A DNA stretch of 64,000 bases from Phallusia mammillata (lineage: Eukaryota), in the NCBI GenBank assembly GCA_965637545.1, contig OZ281495.1, positions 30,442,001 to 30,506,000 of the forward strand. Reading direction: 5' to 3'. The notes beneath the pieces were generated by a model. It made no database searches and was not told the origin of the DNA. It was given only the letters and a program-made list of their open reading frames with translations. Below are positions 36,201 to 50,653 of this stretch, in pieces. The translations under genes were made by a program, and so were the position numbers. The number at the start of each line of letters is the position of its first letter. Positions within the stretch are counted from its first letter, which is position 1.

Positions 36201-39200
36201 ATCAAGCAAGCAGTTTTTGCTATATGATTTTTCCATTTTAGTCCACAAGAAGGACTAAAATTGTTTCATCTGTTTTGTCTGTATCTAGTCTCTGTTTTCT
36301 GTAAAGAGGGTGAAGGAATTGTTTTCAACATTTTCCAAAATTTCTATTGAAAGTGTCAGAGATGCAGAAATATGTGATTTTATACTTCAAGTGTAAAGTT
36401 ATGTTTTCCCCTAAAACATGTTTCTTACATCTTTTTTTAAAGATAAAACCAAGCCATACATTCATAAAATTTTCGTTCTTATGTACTGTTACGTCATCAT
36501 CTTCTGGAAGCCTATTCCCCGAAAGAGCGGGGGTCCCGGAAAGACTCCTGTCGTGGGTTCGAATCCCACCGCAGGCTAGATTTTTCTAGCCCGTGCCTTG
36601 CCATATGTATATGCTTGGGAGACGAGCTCATTCGGTTTAATGCCTTTAATAGGCTTGGTGTACTGTGAATTATCGATAAGTATGCCGTGATCGCTGGTCT
36701 GCATCGACGCTTCAGGGCTGATCCCAGTATGCATATATTCATCTTAGCTATCAAGCTCTACAGTCATAAAAATTTCGTTCTTGTGTACTCTTACGTCATC
36801 AGGTTTAGGTAGTTCGCTTCTAAATAGAAATCATATACAACACGCTTTCTTTAAAGCCCAATAACATCAAACTGCCCAGACAATTTTTTAAACATATTTT
36901 TACAAGAAATTAAGTTATGTTTTTTCTGGTACGTTGAAGTTTTTATAATTGTCATTTTTAGAAAACAACTTTGTTATCTAAAAAGCTTGATCTGAATTCA
37001 AACAAGGGGAGTGTTTATGGAATTGTTTTGCGACTTGGTAAGTTGACCTCCTTTGTAAATCAGGGCACCATACAACAACGGACTTATAGTTATTTCGATA
37101 AAACAGTTATTGGACGATTAAACTCCATACAATGCGGGTTATGAAATGATAATTTTGTTTAGATGATGATGGTTATGTTGAAGTCGGACGAATTAAACAC
37201 AGCGACGAATGGGAAGACATCAACTCATGGTCTGCGGAAGTTATGGCGCAGAAAGTTAGTTCTGCTGTAAAAACACAAATGCAGCATGTTTACAATGGCG
37301 GTAAGCACGACTTGTACACTGCCTGCATTATCTCATCACATATAGTTCATGCTAAGCATAAATGCGATCTAACTTATACTAGAAATTAATTGGACCAATG
37401 ACCTTTTATTCTGTGCATCTGCGTTTGGTAGCATCGTCCAGCTGATCTAGCATGTGACTACAGCGTGCAATTTTGCTCATGATGGTCTTTAATGCACTCA
37501 TCATTAGCTGGTGTATTTGTGCAGACACGATAAAGAGGCAATGTTCCCGACAGAACTGATAGACATTTGTTCGCACAATTGTTGTCTGTACAACACAGGC
37601 CATAATCTAAAGCAGGGGTTCCCAACTGGGGGTACTCGTACCCCTTGGGGGTACGAGATCGAACATCAAGGGGTACGAAGATCCTTGTGCCACGGAGCAG
37701 CTTTTCAACCAGATTTCACTTTACAGTTTTATTTTGGAATTGTAAATGATATCATGCCATTACAATTATCCAGAAATAATTGTTGTTATTTAGTAAGAAG
37801 CCTAATTGTATCATAGCAATGTTTTTTTACTTGCTGTCAGCAATAAAAAACAAAGCACAAAGTTAGGAAGAAAATGCACAGATAATAGAGGCATTCAATG
37901 TCGTCTTGCTCACTGAGAAGTGACAAACAACATTACTGACATATAATTTCTTTTTGTTATTTTTGCATTGTTGTGTTAGCGTTTAATTGAGCTATAAATG
38001 CAACTTAAATTAGCAATATATATATAAAAAATCCCATCAGAATATTTTTTTGGGGGGAGGGGTCTCGTGACGTAATACATGAGTGATGTCACAAAGTGCA
38101 TGGTCGCCACTGGTCAAGCTTTTAATTTCTTTTTATTTTCAGAGTTGTACTTCAGTGATCAGGATCCGAATCAAAATGACTTTGGATATACGATCGAGCC
38201 ACAGCACATGGGCAAGCTCAAGAATTGGGCACTCGCTAAAGAGAAATACATTTATTTCTTCAACAAATAACGAGCACCAACAGTTGCACAGAAATATTTT
38301 GTACATTCCAATAGTTAACGTGTGATCAAATATATTTTCGTATTAACCTGGAAAATAAAACTGTCTTGCCTTAAAATGTATTCAAAAGCAGGGAGCCTAT
38401 GAGCAGCCTCGGACAGGTCATGTGACATAAACATGAATAAACGGACTCCGGTTTATACAAGCTATTGCTGCCAGGCATAATACCAAGTATTCAAGTTTGT
38501 AGAGCTCTTCTGGCAAATGCATTTTATTTCGGCGTTTCGACGTCCTATACAGGTCACCTTCACCAAATACCACTGGCAAAGTTTTTGTCACAATAAACTC
38601 TTTACAAAAGGTCACTTGTCGGCTTTGGAGCGGAGTATGAACTCGACGAGAATTGTGTTCGTGACGCCGCTTTGCTTTAAACACTGGCTCGCTTACCCGC
38701 GTCTAATGAACCAAATTTCACACAGTTCAATTACACCACAACCGAAGCAGAGGTTTTAACATATGATGGGGTAATAAGTGGAATATCGTTTCTTGGTGGT
38801 CGGGTTTGGGAAGCATCCTTTTTTGTAGACACCTGACCTGCAAATAGTTTACCTTCACATAGTTTGACACAACCTGGTTCCAAAATCAAATCATCAGGTC
38901 AGACAAAAAAATGAAAAATACCGATAGGTGGAGTAAAGAGCAGCGGCTAGAGTAAAAAGGCAGCCCGGTTAAGAACTAAGTTTTATTTTATTTTTAAGCT
39001 GAGATGAATACATCTTAGCTTATCAATGGCCAATTTGGCGATTCCCTGCTACAAAGCTGACATGCGCAGCATACGAGGCAGGCAACGGCTCGACTTTTAG
39101 CGGGATCTCCACTGAACCCTTGTAGCTCAGTTGGTAGAGTCCGAATCCCGGAAAGACTCCTGTCGTGGATTCTAATTTCACCGCGGTATGTTTTTCTAGC

Positions 39201-39263
39201 CTACGCCTTGCCGTCTGGTAATGCTAAGGAAACTGGCTTGATTCGGTATAACGCCTTCAATGG
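32943..39263 (-). repeat. Segment S, copy 2 (inverted)
   Basis: Reverse complement of 19302-25623 with few substitutions. Confidence 0.92.
37004..38270 (+). pseudogene. G6, inverted copy of G5 with start codon ATG>AAG; exons 37004-37037, 37163-37300, 38143-38270
   Basis: ttcaaacAAGgggagtg at 37004 versus ttcaaacATGgggagtg in G5. The rest of the frame and the splice sites are intact. Confidence 0.7.
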
Positions 39264-39434
39264 CCAGTTCCACAAAAAGCATTTGTTATTTTTGGGAACT
39301 GCTGCACCCCAAACCCAAACCACCAAAAAGGATATTTCCACTTCTTACGTCAAACCATATGTTTAAAAATTTGCTTTCGTTGTGGTATAATTGAACTGTG
39401 TGGAATTTCGTAAACAAAACTATGTTCTACTTAC

Positions 39435-39461
39435 ATTGTTGTTTGACAATTTGCTAGACAT
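39435..39461 (-). pseudogene. Orphan G3-like exon 1 relic; its diverged upstream region extends to ~40920
   Basis: ATGTCTAGCAAATTGTCAAACAACAAT|gtaag is 1 nt shorter than G3 exon 1, and exons 2-3 are absent. 39420-40920 resembles 13770-14950. Confidence 0.65.
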
Positions 39462-42400
39462 TTTTCATGTGATTTCTTTAAAACAGATATATTTCAATGC
39501 ACTTGCTGCAAAAAGGTAAAACAGAAACCATAAATCGTCTCTAATGAAACTGTGCCTGGAAGGCTGTAAGAAACGCAATAAACTGCTCTACTTACAACCT
39601 GTAAACAAATGCAACGTCTCTATACAGCACTAAAAAAACAGGAAAATTGGTAGCAAAATTGTTCCAAGGTAAATGTCTATTAGCAAATTTGAGAGGTTAA
39701 CTTTGTTGCAGCAGCTGGCACCTGGCATGTCATCTCACACTGACTATGATTGGGATAGGACACCAGTTTTATATCCCATTGCCCTTTCTTCCTTCTTTGC
39801 TTTTCTGGCTCCTGGATCAAGGACGAGTGTCTGTAATTTTCCGCCGGTAAAAACAAATGTCAGTCGTGGCTGTCCAGAAAGTGCTTTAACACTAAAGCAA
39901 ATTGGAACTGAATTCACTATTTATGCAGTAACTGTAAACAAATGTCCACCAGTTAAATCGCTCTTAAATGTCTGCTTTTCCGTAACTATCTGCTTCAAGT
40001 ATGTTCGTTGAATCTCATATGACCTCTATTGACATGGTGATAAAGTTTTATATGCTTTCGTTCTTCAATGGTTCGCTTTCACTGGAGTTTAATCAAGGAT
40101 ACAATGAACATATTTCATACCTGATTTTTCTGAAGCAACAAAGACAATGTGGGTTTTGTTTAATTTTCAGCTGTATTTTAGTTGGCTTACTGGAGTTTGG
40201 TTTATTATTGCTTTTTTGTTACTTAGGTTTATACGATACCTTGCATTAGGACAGTATAAACTTACATGGGTTACGTAAGGGCAAACTTTTCACAAGGTGT
40301 CGCCAGCGATAGTGTCATGACTGTGCAACACAGATGCGAAAATGCAGTTTATTGCTTTTGCTTACTTCAACAATGGTCAAACAATCGACTATTTGCTGGT
40401 TTGTCACGTCACAGACCTTTGTCAGGCGACCGGGTAATTTCGGTTGAGCAAGAAACCACCAATACGTGAAACTACTGTACTTGCATTTAGTAAAGCAGGG
40501 GAACCTTTCGTATGCTACGGGTAAATACCAAGATCAGAAACGTGGCATGAAGTCATTCTTATTTTCCATTATTAATGCCGGCTCATTTACTGTTTATTAT
40601 GTTGTTAAACTCAAAATGAAAAGCTTATCGATGAAATTTCGATGCACATTTAATACAATAACAGAAGGCACGTTTTTTGAGAGAGCTGCGGGTCGCAGAT
40701 CGCTGACCTTTGAAGCAAAGGCACAAATGTCATTCTATTTATTATTTTTGTGGGACTATGTAAGGCAGTGACACTTGTTTAACATTTTTACCCAGTTTCC
40801 GCCATATTTTCTGAAAGTCATTTTTTACTTTATTTTTAAAATTGATTTTAAATTCTTACCTTCTAAAATAAACCTCGATCACCGACGTAGCAATGAACTT
40901 TATTTCTAATTATTACGTCATCAAACTTTGCTTTCGTTGAAGTGTAATTGAACTGTGTGGAATTTCATTCGTTGAACGCTCGTAAGCGAGCGAGTGTTTG
41001 AAACAAAGCGTGGTCACTAACACAATTCACGTCCTTTCATGAGTTCTTACTCCCCATGAAAGCCGACATGTTGCCTTTTTTGAAAAGTTTATTGCGACAA
41101 AACAATGCGTATGTGTTTTGAGATTATGATGAAACAAGCGTTTTTGTGTGAGGTCGAGGTAATCAACTTTTCCGAGAAAATGTCGCAACAAATACGTTAG
41201 ATAAAATTACCCAAATCCAACACCACCTACTTTGTGATTATATATATTATGAAAGGGAAGGTGAGAGGCCTTTCTGTATTTTTCCACGACTGTTAATGGG
41301 TTTTTACTTTGCCACCATCGAGATATAAAAACGGGGAGTTTCTCCTAACTGTTAGCAACATGAACGCCTCAATCGCATGAGGACTATGCAAAGGGCTACA
41401 CATCTTTTTCTAAAACGGTCATCCGTCGTTTCCTAGAAAAAGCTGATTATCCTCCACAAAGATGTTAGTTACAGCAAAATCCAAAAACACAAACGCATTG
41501 TTTCGTCGCAATAAACTCCTCACAAAAGACCTCATGGCGCCTTTCAAGCGGAGTAAGAACTCGTGAAATGACGTGGTGTGTGTCGGACGCCGCTTTGTTT
41601 TAAGCACTCGCTCGCTTACGCTCGTTTAACGAACGAAATTCCACACAGTTCAATTATACCACAACGAAAGCAAATTTTTAAACATATGGTTTGACGTAAG
41701 AAGTGGAAATATCCTTTTTGGTGGTTTGGGTTTGGGGTGCAGCAGTTCCCAAAAATAACAAATGCTTTTTGTGGAACTGGCCACAAAACTGATCAGCCGC
41801 TATTTTTTCTGCAGGCCGCTACTTGTAAAAAATCGAATTCATTTTATCTCACCCCTGGAGGGTTTTTTCTGGGGTTAAGTTCTGCATCACTGTAGTTTAA
41901 AGTTTAAAGCGTAGTTTGTATTTTGTCGGATAAATTTGTAGTCTATTGTTAGATGTTGTTACACGGAAACATTTAAGTCTAGCAACAAAGTTAACAAGTC
42001 ACTCTCCAAGCTCATTCCGAACATCAATTGCCTCCTATATTTGCCCTATTTAGCCACGCCTCATCAGTAACGACAGCGACTAAACATATAATAAATCTTG
42101 TAACATAATGCGCTCAGGTCATAAGTTCATGTAATACGTTTTTCCACAATACAATTTGACACCATCATAGGTTTAATTCGTTTTGTGAATGGAAAAAAAC
42201 ATTAAATTACACGTGGTTCATTCTGCAGCTACCTTCTGATATAATAATAGGTTGGGTTAAGACAGTAGTTCTCAAACTGTGCGTCGCGACGCCCGTGTGC
42301 GTCGTTTCAATTTTCCAAGGGCGTCGCAGAATAGTTCCGTTTCGTGGCTTTTTGTTGTTGTATCAATAAACACAACTTTAGTAATAAGTTTTCTCATTAA

Positions 42401-43088
42401 CTTTTATTTGCTGGTGCGTCGCAAGTCTTGGAAACTTTTTCAGAGGCGTCGCAAGAAAATAAGTTTGAGAACCACTGGGTTAAGATATAAAATGGGAAAT
42501 AGCGTCGAGGTAAACCAGAGAGAAGGAAGCGAACACAAAGAAGTACTAAAGTAAAGCGACTTCATCTTCATATGTGAGAAATTTACACTAAACCAGAAAA
42601 AGAAAAGCATTTCTTTGCTATATAATTTGCTATTTTAGGAAAAATATATCTTTTTGCATCTCCACAAGAAGGTTTTGTCTGCATGTAATCTCTGTTTTCT
42701 GCAAAGGCGGGGAACTTTTGGTGATACTTTGTAGTGCAGTAAGCTTTTGATTTTTCTCAACATTTTCTGAAACTTGTACAAATTATTTCTGTGTTTCCCT
42801 CTTAAACATGGTTCTTACATCTTTTTTTAAGATAAAACGAAGCTCTACATTACTAAAAGTTTTGTTTTTGTGTACTTTTACGTCATCAGCTTTTGAAAGT
42901 TCGCTTCTAAATAGAAATCATACGCAGCACAATTTCTTCAAAGCCCATTAACATCCAACTGCCCAGACATAAACGTGTTTTTCCAAGAAATATAGTTTTT
43001 TTTCTGGCACGTTGAAATTTTCATAATTGTGTCATTTGTAGAAAAACATCTTTGTAATTTAAAAAAAAAACTTGATCTGCATTCAAAC

Positions 43089-43840
43089 ATGGGGAATTAT
43101 TATGGAATCGTTATGCGACTTGGTAAGTTGACCTCCATTGCAAATCAGCGCACCGTATAACATAGTACTTGAAATTCAATGGACAAGAAACTTCGGCGAA
43201 ACAAACACACCGCTTTGGACAATTAAACTCCATACCATGTGGATTATGAAACGATAATTTTGTTTATACGTCATGAATGATATTTTTCAGATGGTAACGG
43301 TTATTCTGATGTGGGAAGTATTAACCACAGCAATGAATGGGAGGACATTAACGCACGGTCTGCGGAAGTTTCAACGGAGAAAATTATTTCTGCAGTAAAA
43401 ACCCAAATGCGGCATGTATACAATGGCGGTAAGCAAGACTTGTACACTCCTTGTATTATCTCATCACACATAGTTTATGCGGAGCGTAAAAGAACCTATA
43501 CCTGGACCAACAGCATTTCCTTCTGTGCATCTACGTTTGGCGGCATCGTCCACCTGATCTGGTTTGTGACTACAGCGTGCAATGTTGAGAACTGATAGAC
43601 ATTCAGTCGCACGATTGTTACGTCATACATAAGTGACGTCACAAAGTGCATGGTCGCCACTCGTCAAGGGTCGTAAAACAATTAAGTTTTAATTTTTCTT
43701 TTTTATTTTCAGAATTGTACTTCAGTGATCAGAATCCTCAAGATAATGACTTTGGATATAAGATCGAAGCAAAGAACATAGGCACGCTCGTAGATATGGT
43801 TCAGGCTAATGACAGATACATTTATTTCTTCAACAAATAA
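43089..43840 (+). CDS. G7, duplicate of G4 (99 aa); exons 43089-43122, 43291-43428, 43713-43840
   Basis: G4 coordinates + 25943; exon sequences appear identical. Confidence 0.85.
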
Positions 43841-46237
43841 TGAGCACCAACAGTTGCATAGTAATACTTCGTACATTCTTATAATCAACGTGTCATCAAA
43901 TATATTTTCGTATTTACCTGGAAAATAAAACCATATTTGCCTTAAAATGTATTCAAAAGCAGGGAGCCAATGAGCAGCCTCGGACAGGCCATGTGACAAA
44001 ATCATGAAAAACATGGGTTCTTCCAGTTTATACAAGCTATAGCTGCCTGGCATAATATTAAGTTTGTAGAGCTCTTCTGGGAAATGTATTTTTATTTCGA
44101 CATTTCGAGGTACTATACAGGTCGTTTTCATCAGGGTAATAACAATGAATACGCGTTGTACAGTGCACGATAAACAATAAACGGAAGTGGTTGCGTTTAA
44201 TTCGTTTTTCCTTTGTATACAATTCACATATTCACTGTTTGGAAAGTGTAGTACTATTGGCATTTCGTTACAGCAAAACCATTAAAGAAATTATTTACCC
44301 ACTTTTTGTGAAACATACATTTTTTTAACACAGCAACGCTACTATCACGTGACCAATAATGCGACCATATAGAACGCAGTATAAGCTTTGACGTAATCCT
44401 ACAATCAGCGCTGGGGTGGGGCAATCTGTAAGGTAGCACTCTATTACCTAGAGCAGTGGTTCTCAACCTTTCGTGGACTGTGACCTCCTTGAAAAATGTA
44501 AATGGCAATCTCATCTTGGAATTCGGTACTAATTTCGACTTGAAACAGGTCGAATAGAATAAACAAGAATCTGTAATCGTAAAAACCTCAATATAGACAA
44601 ACAGTATATGAAATAGTCCATTAAATTAGGGAATTAAGATTTTAGTGTGTGTTTCTGATGAATCTACACCCGTGGCCTCCCTGAACACAGCTCGTGGTCC
44701 CCTGGGGGGCCATGGGCCCTGGTTGGGAACCACTGACCTAGAGAGTAAGAGGTTTGGTAGCAAAATCATGTACTTGGAAGCGGAAGCAAGTTTTGGTACA
44801 GACAAACCCATCATTTTGAATGACTGCGCTAAACTAAACAAACACACAAACGCTCGACTATCAAACAGTCGTGAAGCATGTCCCCTTACTTGACAAATAA
44901 TTTGAACTGGTCTTGTTGCAATGAAACAGACAAAAGTTAACTCTACTACAAGTAAAGTCTACGAACCTACCAAAAACAAAGACTACTAATTTGTAGCATT
45001 TAAACAGAACACCTGCGCTTTACAAACTTACAAAACGTAAAACGGAGCAGCAGAAACATTAAATAGAGCACTGTAATTCAGTAATTGTCCCCTGAGGCAT
45101 GCAAGGTTTTTAAATACCAAGTAGGGCAAAGAGCACTGAATTCTATATTTGATAAGAAAACTATGCACAAGTGATGGCGGTTAGAGCTACTTGAGTTGGA
45201 TTACAAAATTAACCTAAAAAAATAAAGTATAGTATACGCCAAGCCCATTGAAGGCGTTATACCGAATCAAGCCAGTTTCCTTAGCATTACCAGACGGCAA
45301 GGCGTAGGCTAGAAAAACATACCGCGGTGAAATTAGAATCCACGACAGGAGTCTTTCCGGGATTCGGACTCTACCAACTGAGCTACAAGGGTTCAGTGGA
45401 GATCCCGCTAAAAGTCGAGCCGTTGCCTGCCTCGTATGCTGCGCATGTCAGCTTTGTAGCAGGGAATCGCCAAATTGGCCATTGATAAGCTAAGATGTAT
45501 TCATCTCAGCTTAAAAATAAAATAAAACTTAGTTCTTAACCGGGCTGCCTTTTTACTCTAGCCGCTGCTCTTTACTCCACCTATCGGTATTTTTCATTTT
45601 TTTGTCTGACCTGATGATTTGATTTTGGAACCAGGTTGTGTCAAACTATGTGAAGGTAAACTATTTGCAGGTCAGGTGTCTACAAAAAAGGATGCTTCCC
45701 AAACCCGACCACCAAGAAACGATATTCCACTTATTACCCCATCATATGTTAAAACCTCTGCTTCGGTTGTGGTGTAATTGAACTGTGTGAAATTTGGTTC
45801 ATTAGACGCGGGTAAGCGAGCCAGTGTTTAAAGCAAAGCGGCGTCACGAACACAATTCTCGTCGAGTTCATACTCCGCTCCAAAGCCGACAAGTGACCTT
45901 TTGTAAAGAGTTTATTGTGACAAAAACTTTGCCAGTGGTATTTGGTGAAGGTGACCTGTATAGGACGTCGAAACGCCGAAATAAAATGCATTTGCCAGAA
46001 GAGCTCTACAAACTTGAATACTTGGTATTATGCCTGGCAGCAATAGCTTGTATAAACCGGAGTCCGTTTATTCATGTTTATGTCACATGACCTGTCCGAG
46101 GCTGCTCATAGGCTCCCTGCTTTTGAATACATTTTAAGGCAAGACAGTTTTATTTTCCAGGTTAATACGAAAATATATTTGATCACACGTTAACTATTGG
46201 AATGTACAAAATATTTCTGTGCAACTGTTGGTGCTCG

Positions 46238-47345
46238 TTATTTGTTGAAGAAATAAATGTATTTCTCTTTAGCGAGTGCCCAATTCTTGAGCTTGCCCAT
46301 GTGCTGTGGCTCGATCGTATATCCAAAGTCATTTTGATTCGGATCCTGATCACTGAAGTACAACTCTGAAAATAAAAAGAAATTAAAAGCTTGACCAGTG
46401 GCGACCATGCACTTTGTGACATCACTCATGTATTACGTCACGAGACCCCTCCCCCCAAAAAAATATTCTGATGGGATTTTTTATATATATATTGCTAATT
46501 TAAGTTGCATTTATAGCTCAATTAAACGCTAACACAACAATGCAAAAATAACAAAAAGAAATTATATGTCAGTAATGTTGTTTGTCACTTCTCAGTGAGC
46601 AAGACGACATTGAATGCCTCTATTATCTGTGCATTTTCTTCCTAACTTTGTGCTTTGTTTTTTATTGCTGACAGCAAGTAAAAAAACATTGCTATGATAC
46701 AATTAGGCTTCTTACTAAATAACAACAATTATTTCTGGATAATTGTAATGGCATGATATCATTTACAATTCCAAAATAAAACTGTAAAGTGAAATCTGGT
46801 TGAAAAGCTGCTCCGTGGCACAAGGATCTTCGTACCCCTTGATGTTCGATCTCGTACCCCCAAGGGGTACGAGTACCCCCAGTTGGGAACCCCTGCTTTA
46901 GATTATGGCCTGTGTTGTACAGACAACAATTGTGCGAACAAATGTCTATCAGTTCTGTCGGGAACATTGCCTCTTTATCGTGTCTGCACAAATACACCAG
47001 CTAATGATGAGTGCATTAAAGACCATCATGAGCAAAATTGCACGCTGTAGTCACATGCTAGATCAGCTGGACGATGCTACCAAACGCAGATGCACAGAAT
47101 AAAAGGTCATTGGTCCAATTAATTTCTAGTATAAGTTAGATCGCATTTATGCTTAGCATGAACTATATGTGATGAGATAATGCAGGCAGTGTACAAGTCG
47201 TGCTTACCGCCATTGTAAACATGCTGCATTTGTGTTTTTACAGCAGAACTAACTTTCTGCGCCATAACTTCCGCAGACCATGAGTTGATGTCTTCCCATT
47301 CGTCGCTGTGTTTAATTCGTCCGACTTCAACATAACCATCATCAT
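46238..47345 (-). pseudogene. G8, G5 copy lacking exon 1; exons 47345-47208 and 46365-46238 remain
   Basis: At 47460-47463 the sequence jumps from the equivalent of 21520 to that of ~21999. This deletes ~478 bp including exon 1 and the proximal upstream region. Confidence 0.85.
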
Positions 47346-49839
47346 CTAAACAAAATTATCATTTCATAACCCGCATTGTATGGAGTTTAATCGTCCAATA
47401 ACTGTTTTATCGAAATAACTATAAGTCCGTTGTTGTATGGTGCCCTGATTTACAAAGGAGGTGAGGATTCGAACCCACGACAGGAGTCTTTCCGGGACCC
47501 CCGCTCTTTCGGGGAATAGGCTTCCAGAAGATGATGACGTAACAGTACATAAGAACGAAAATTTTATGAATGTATGGCTTGGTTTTATCTTTAAAAAAAG
47601 ATGTAAGAAACATGTTTTAGGGGAAAACATAACTTTACACTTGAAGTATAAAATCACATATTTCTGCATCTTTGACACTTTCAATAGAAATTTTGGAAAA
47701 TGTTGAAAACAATTCCTTCACCCTCTTTACAGAAAACAGAGACTAGATACAGACAAAACAGATGAAACAATTTTAGTCCTTCTTGTGGACTAAAATGGAA
47801 AAATCATATAGCAAAAACTGCTTGCTTGATCTGTTTCAGTTTAAATTCACCATATTGTGTCCTTCTCCTAATATGTCAGGAAGTAGCTGCAGAATGAAAC
47901 ACATGTTCTGAAAAGTTTGTTCCATTCGCAACCTATATTTAAAGAATCGATAGTTGTGTCAAATCGTCTTGTGGTAAAAAGTATTGCCTGAACTTATGGC
48001 CTCAGCGCATTATGTTACAAGACTTATTACATGTTTTGTCACTGTAGCGAATTGCTGGTGAGACGTGGCTAATTAGGGCAAAAAAGAAGGCAATTGATGT
48101 TTAAACTGAGATTGGAAAGTGACTTGTTTTAACTTTGTCTTTTTTGACTTGTTTCAACTTTGTTTTTTTACCTTAATTATACAGACTTTTCGTATAGTTA
48201 ACAACACTGAAGAATAGATTAAACAATGTATGCGATAAAAACACAAACTGCACTTAAAATTTTAAACCACAGTAATGTAGAAACTTAATTAGTACAAGTG
48301 ACACCCAGGAGAAAAAAACAGCGGCTGATCAGTTTTTGTGACCAGTTCTACAAAAAGCATCTTTTTATTTTTGGGAACTGCTGCACTCCAAACCCAAACC
48401 CGACCACCAAAGAAAGATAATTTCTACTTGTTACGCCACCCTATCATATGTTTAAAACTCTGCTTCCGTTGTGGTGCAATTGAACTGTGTGGAATTTCAT
48501 TCATTAAACGGGCGTGAGTAAGCGAGCGAGTGTTTGAAACAAAGCGGCGTCCCAGACACAATTCACATCCTTTCACGAGTTCTTACTCCGCGTGAAAGCC
48601 GACAGGTGGCCTTTTGTGAAAAGTTTATTGCAACAAAACAATGTGTATGTGTTTTGTCTTTGTGTGAGGTCGAGGTAATCAGCTTTTCATAGAAATGTTG
48701 CAACAAATACGTTGAATAAAAATTCCCAGATTTAACACCACCTACTTTGTGATAGTGTAGATTATCATAGGGAAGGTGCCTCTCATGAGAGGCGTTTCTG
48801 TATTTTTCCACGACTGCCAAACTTTTCCACCATCCCTACAAATAATATGAAACATTTCTCCTTATTGTTTCAGGATGAAGGTCCTTGAAATCTCAAATAC
48901 ATGCGAGCTTTTCAGAGGTTTACACGCCTGCTCTGAAACATTTATACACCGTTTCCTTTCACTTTTTATGATGCATTTTTAAGCCTTGTAATAAATAAGG
49001 ATATTGACTACTGTAATTAATGTGGCGATCCCTATTACGAAGCTGACATGTGCAGCATACGAGGCAGTCAACGGTGCTGTGATTCAACTGTCAGCGGTAT
49101 CTTCACTGAGCTTGTGTAGCTCAGTTTGTAGATTCATGTCGAGCGTTCGAATCCCCACGGCAGACTAGGTTTTTCTAGATTACGCCTTGCCATTTGGTGG
49201 TGAATGCTTGGTGACCAGCTAATTTGGTATGGCGCCTTCAATGGGCCTGGCGTGCTGTGATTTGAAAAATGTAAAATAAGAGAAAAAGTCAAACCAGTCT
49301 TTGAGACAGTCAAAGTAAAGTATTTTACATACCAAAATAATAAGGTAGGCCAGTGTTTCTCAAAACTTTTAACTTCAAAGTGCGTTTATGGATTTACCGA
49401 AATTTTCGGACCGCCCTATTGAAATACATGCGGAAATATTCATCATTTATTTTGAGGATTATATATTTACAAATCAATATCAGCGTTGCCACCACGCAGA
49501 GCACACTGTTCGAAATTTACTGCCCTAGACGTAAAGAATGAAAACAAATAGAATCTGGAATGTGTGCGCCAGAGTAGTAAGCGGGCCTGAAATTTGATCC
49601 CGACCCGAAAAGCCAGGCCTGACTTACAACTCTTTCTTGCACTGGCAGTTTTGGCTTTATGTGATTGGGTAAACCACGTGATATCAACAAAGCTGCTGAT
49701 TGGTTCTAGGTTTTTTAAAACATTCAAATGCAAGTAAAGACACTTTTTATTGTCCAGGAAAAATACTTTTAAACGCGCGCGAATTGCTGCGAATCCCACA
49801 ACTGAATGGAATGCCTCGTTTTGTTTACCTAACAAGTCC

Positions 49840-50561
49840 TGTAGACTCTGAACGGCCGACCTGCAAGGCTGAGCCTCACAAAGGGGTTTGTCACGTTGAA
49901 ACACGCCCCGCCCTTTCCCACACAAATCACACTTCCCGAATCACGTGTAATAATCCACAGCGACAACAGCGGCAACAACCACAACGTCGTACACAATCAG
50001 GAACGGACAGAAACAGGGTTGAGAACGAAACGGGAACGTAGACGGGAACGGTTTTCTAAACAAGAAAACGAAACACATTGACATATGCCAACGCACAAAA
50101 ATGCCAATGACTAACTTACCAACTATTTTGCGACACAGGTCAACAGGTACAGTACACGTATCAACAGTTGCAAGACGATGAAACAATCGCTGTAATCCCT
50201 ATAGGAAAATACAGCATGCCATAAGTCACACATAAAGCCATGAATTAATTTAGGTCACAAATCGAATTAAACACTCACCGACAATCACGGTAAACAGCCT
50301 TCACTTGAAGATTAATTAGTCAGTCGTCACAATATTTAATTTAGCCTTATTCGTCTCTAAAAATGCAACACAAACGAATTTACTTAATGCAGTAATAAAT
50401 CACCTTACTCGACCACGTTGTACAGTAAAATGAACTAATCATTGCAACATACAGACAAAGGCCTTCTAATTTTACTGTTACGCACTTGGCGATTGTAACG
50501 TCATAGCAGGGGAAATAATGGGACAAATTAATCATGCGTAACTGAACGTGGAGATGTAACA
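49840..50561 (-). repeat. 3' LTR
   Basis: TGTAGACT...GATGTAACA, 722 bp. I saw no differences from the other LTR, and the ORF-track translations inside the two LTRs are identical. Confidence 0.95.
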
Positions 50562-50653
50562 TACCCCCACCTAAATGTATGACCCGGGTAAATACATTTC
50601 ACACACAAACAAACATCGAACGTTCAACGAAATTCAATAAACAAAACAGCACA

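Noticed and set aside
21977-47684. Single-site three-way SNP patterns as proof of gene conversion
   Set aside because: 1=3 vs 2 and 2=3 vs 1 patterns can each arise from private mutation, so a formal test is needed. Only the regional divergence contrast is reported.
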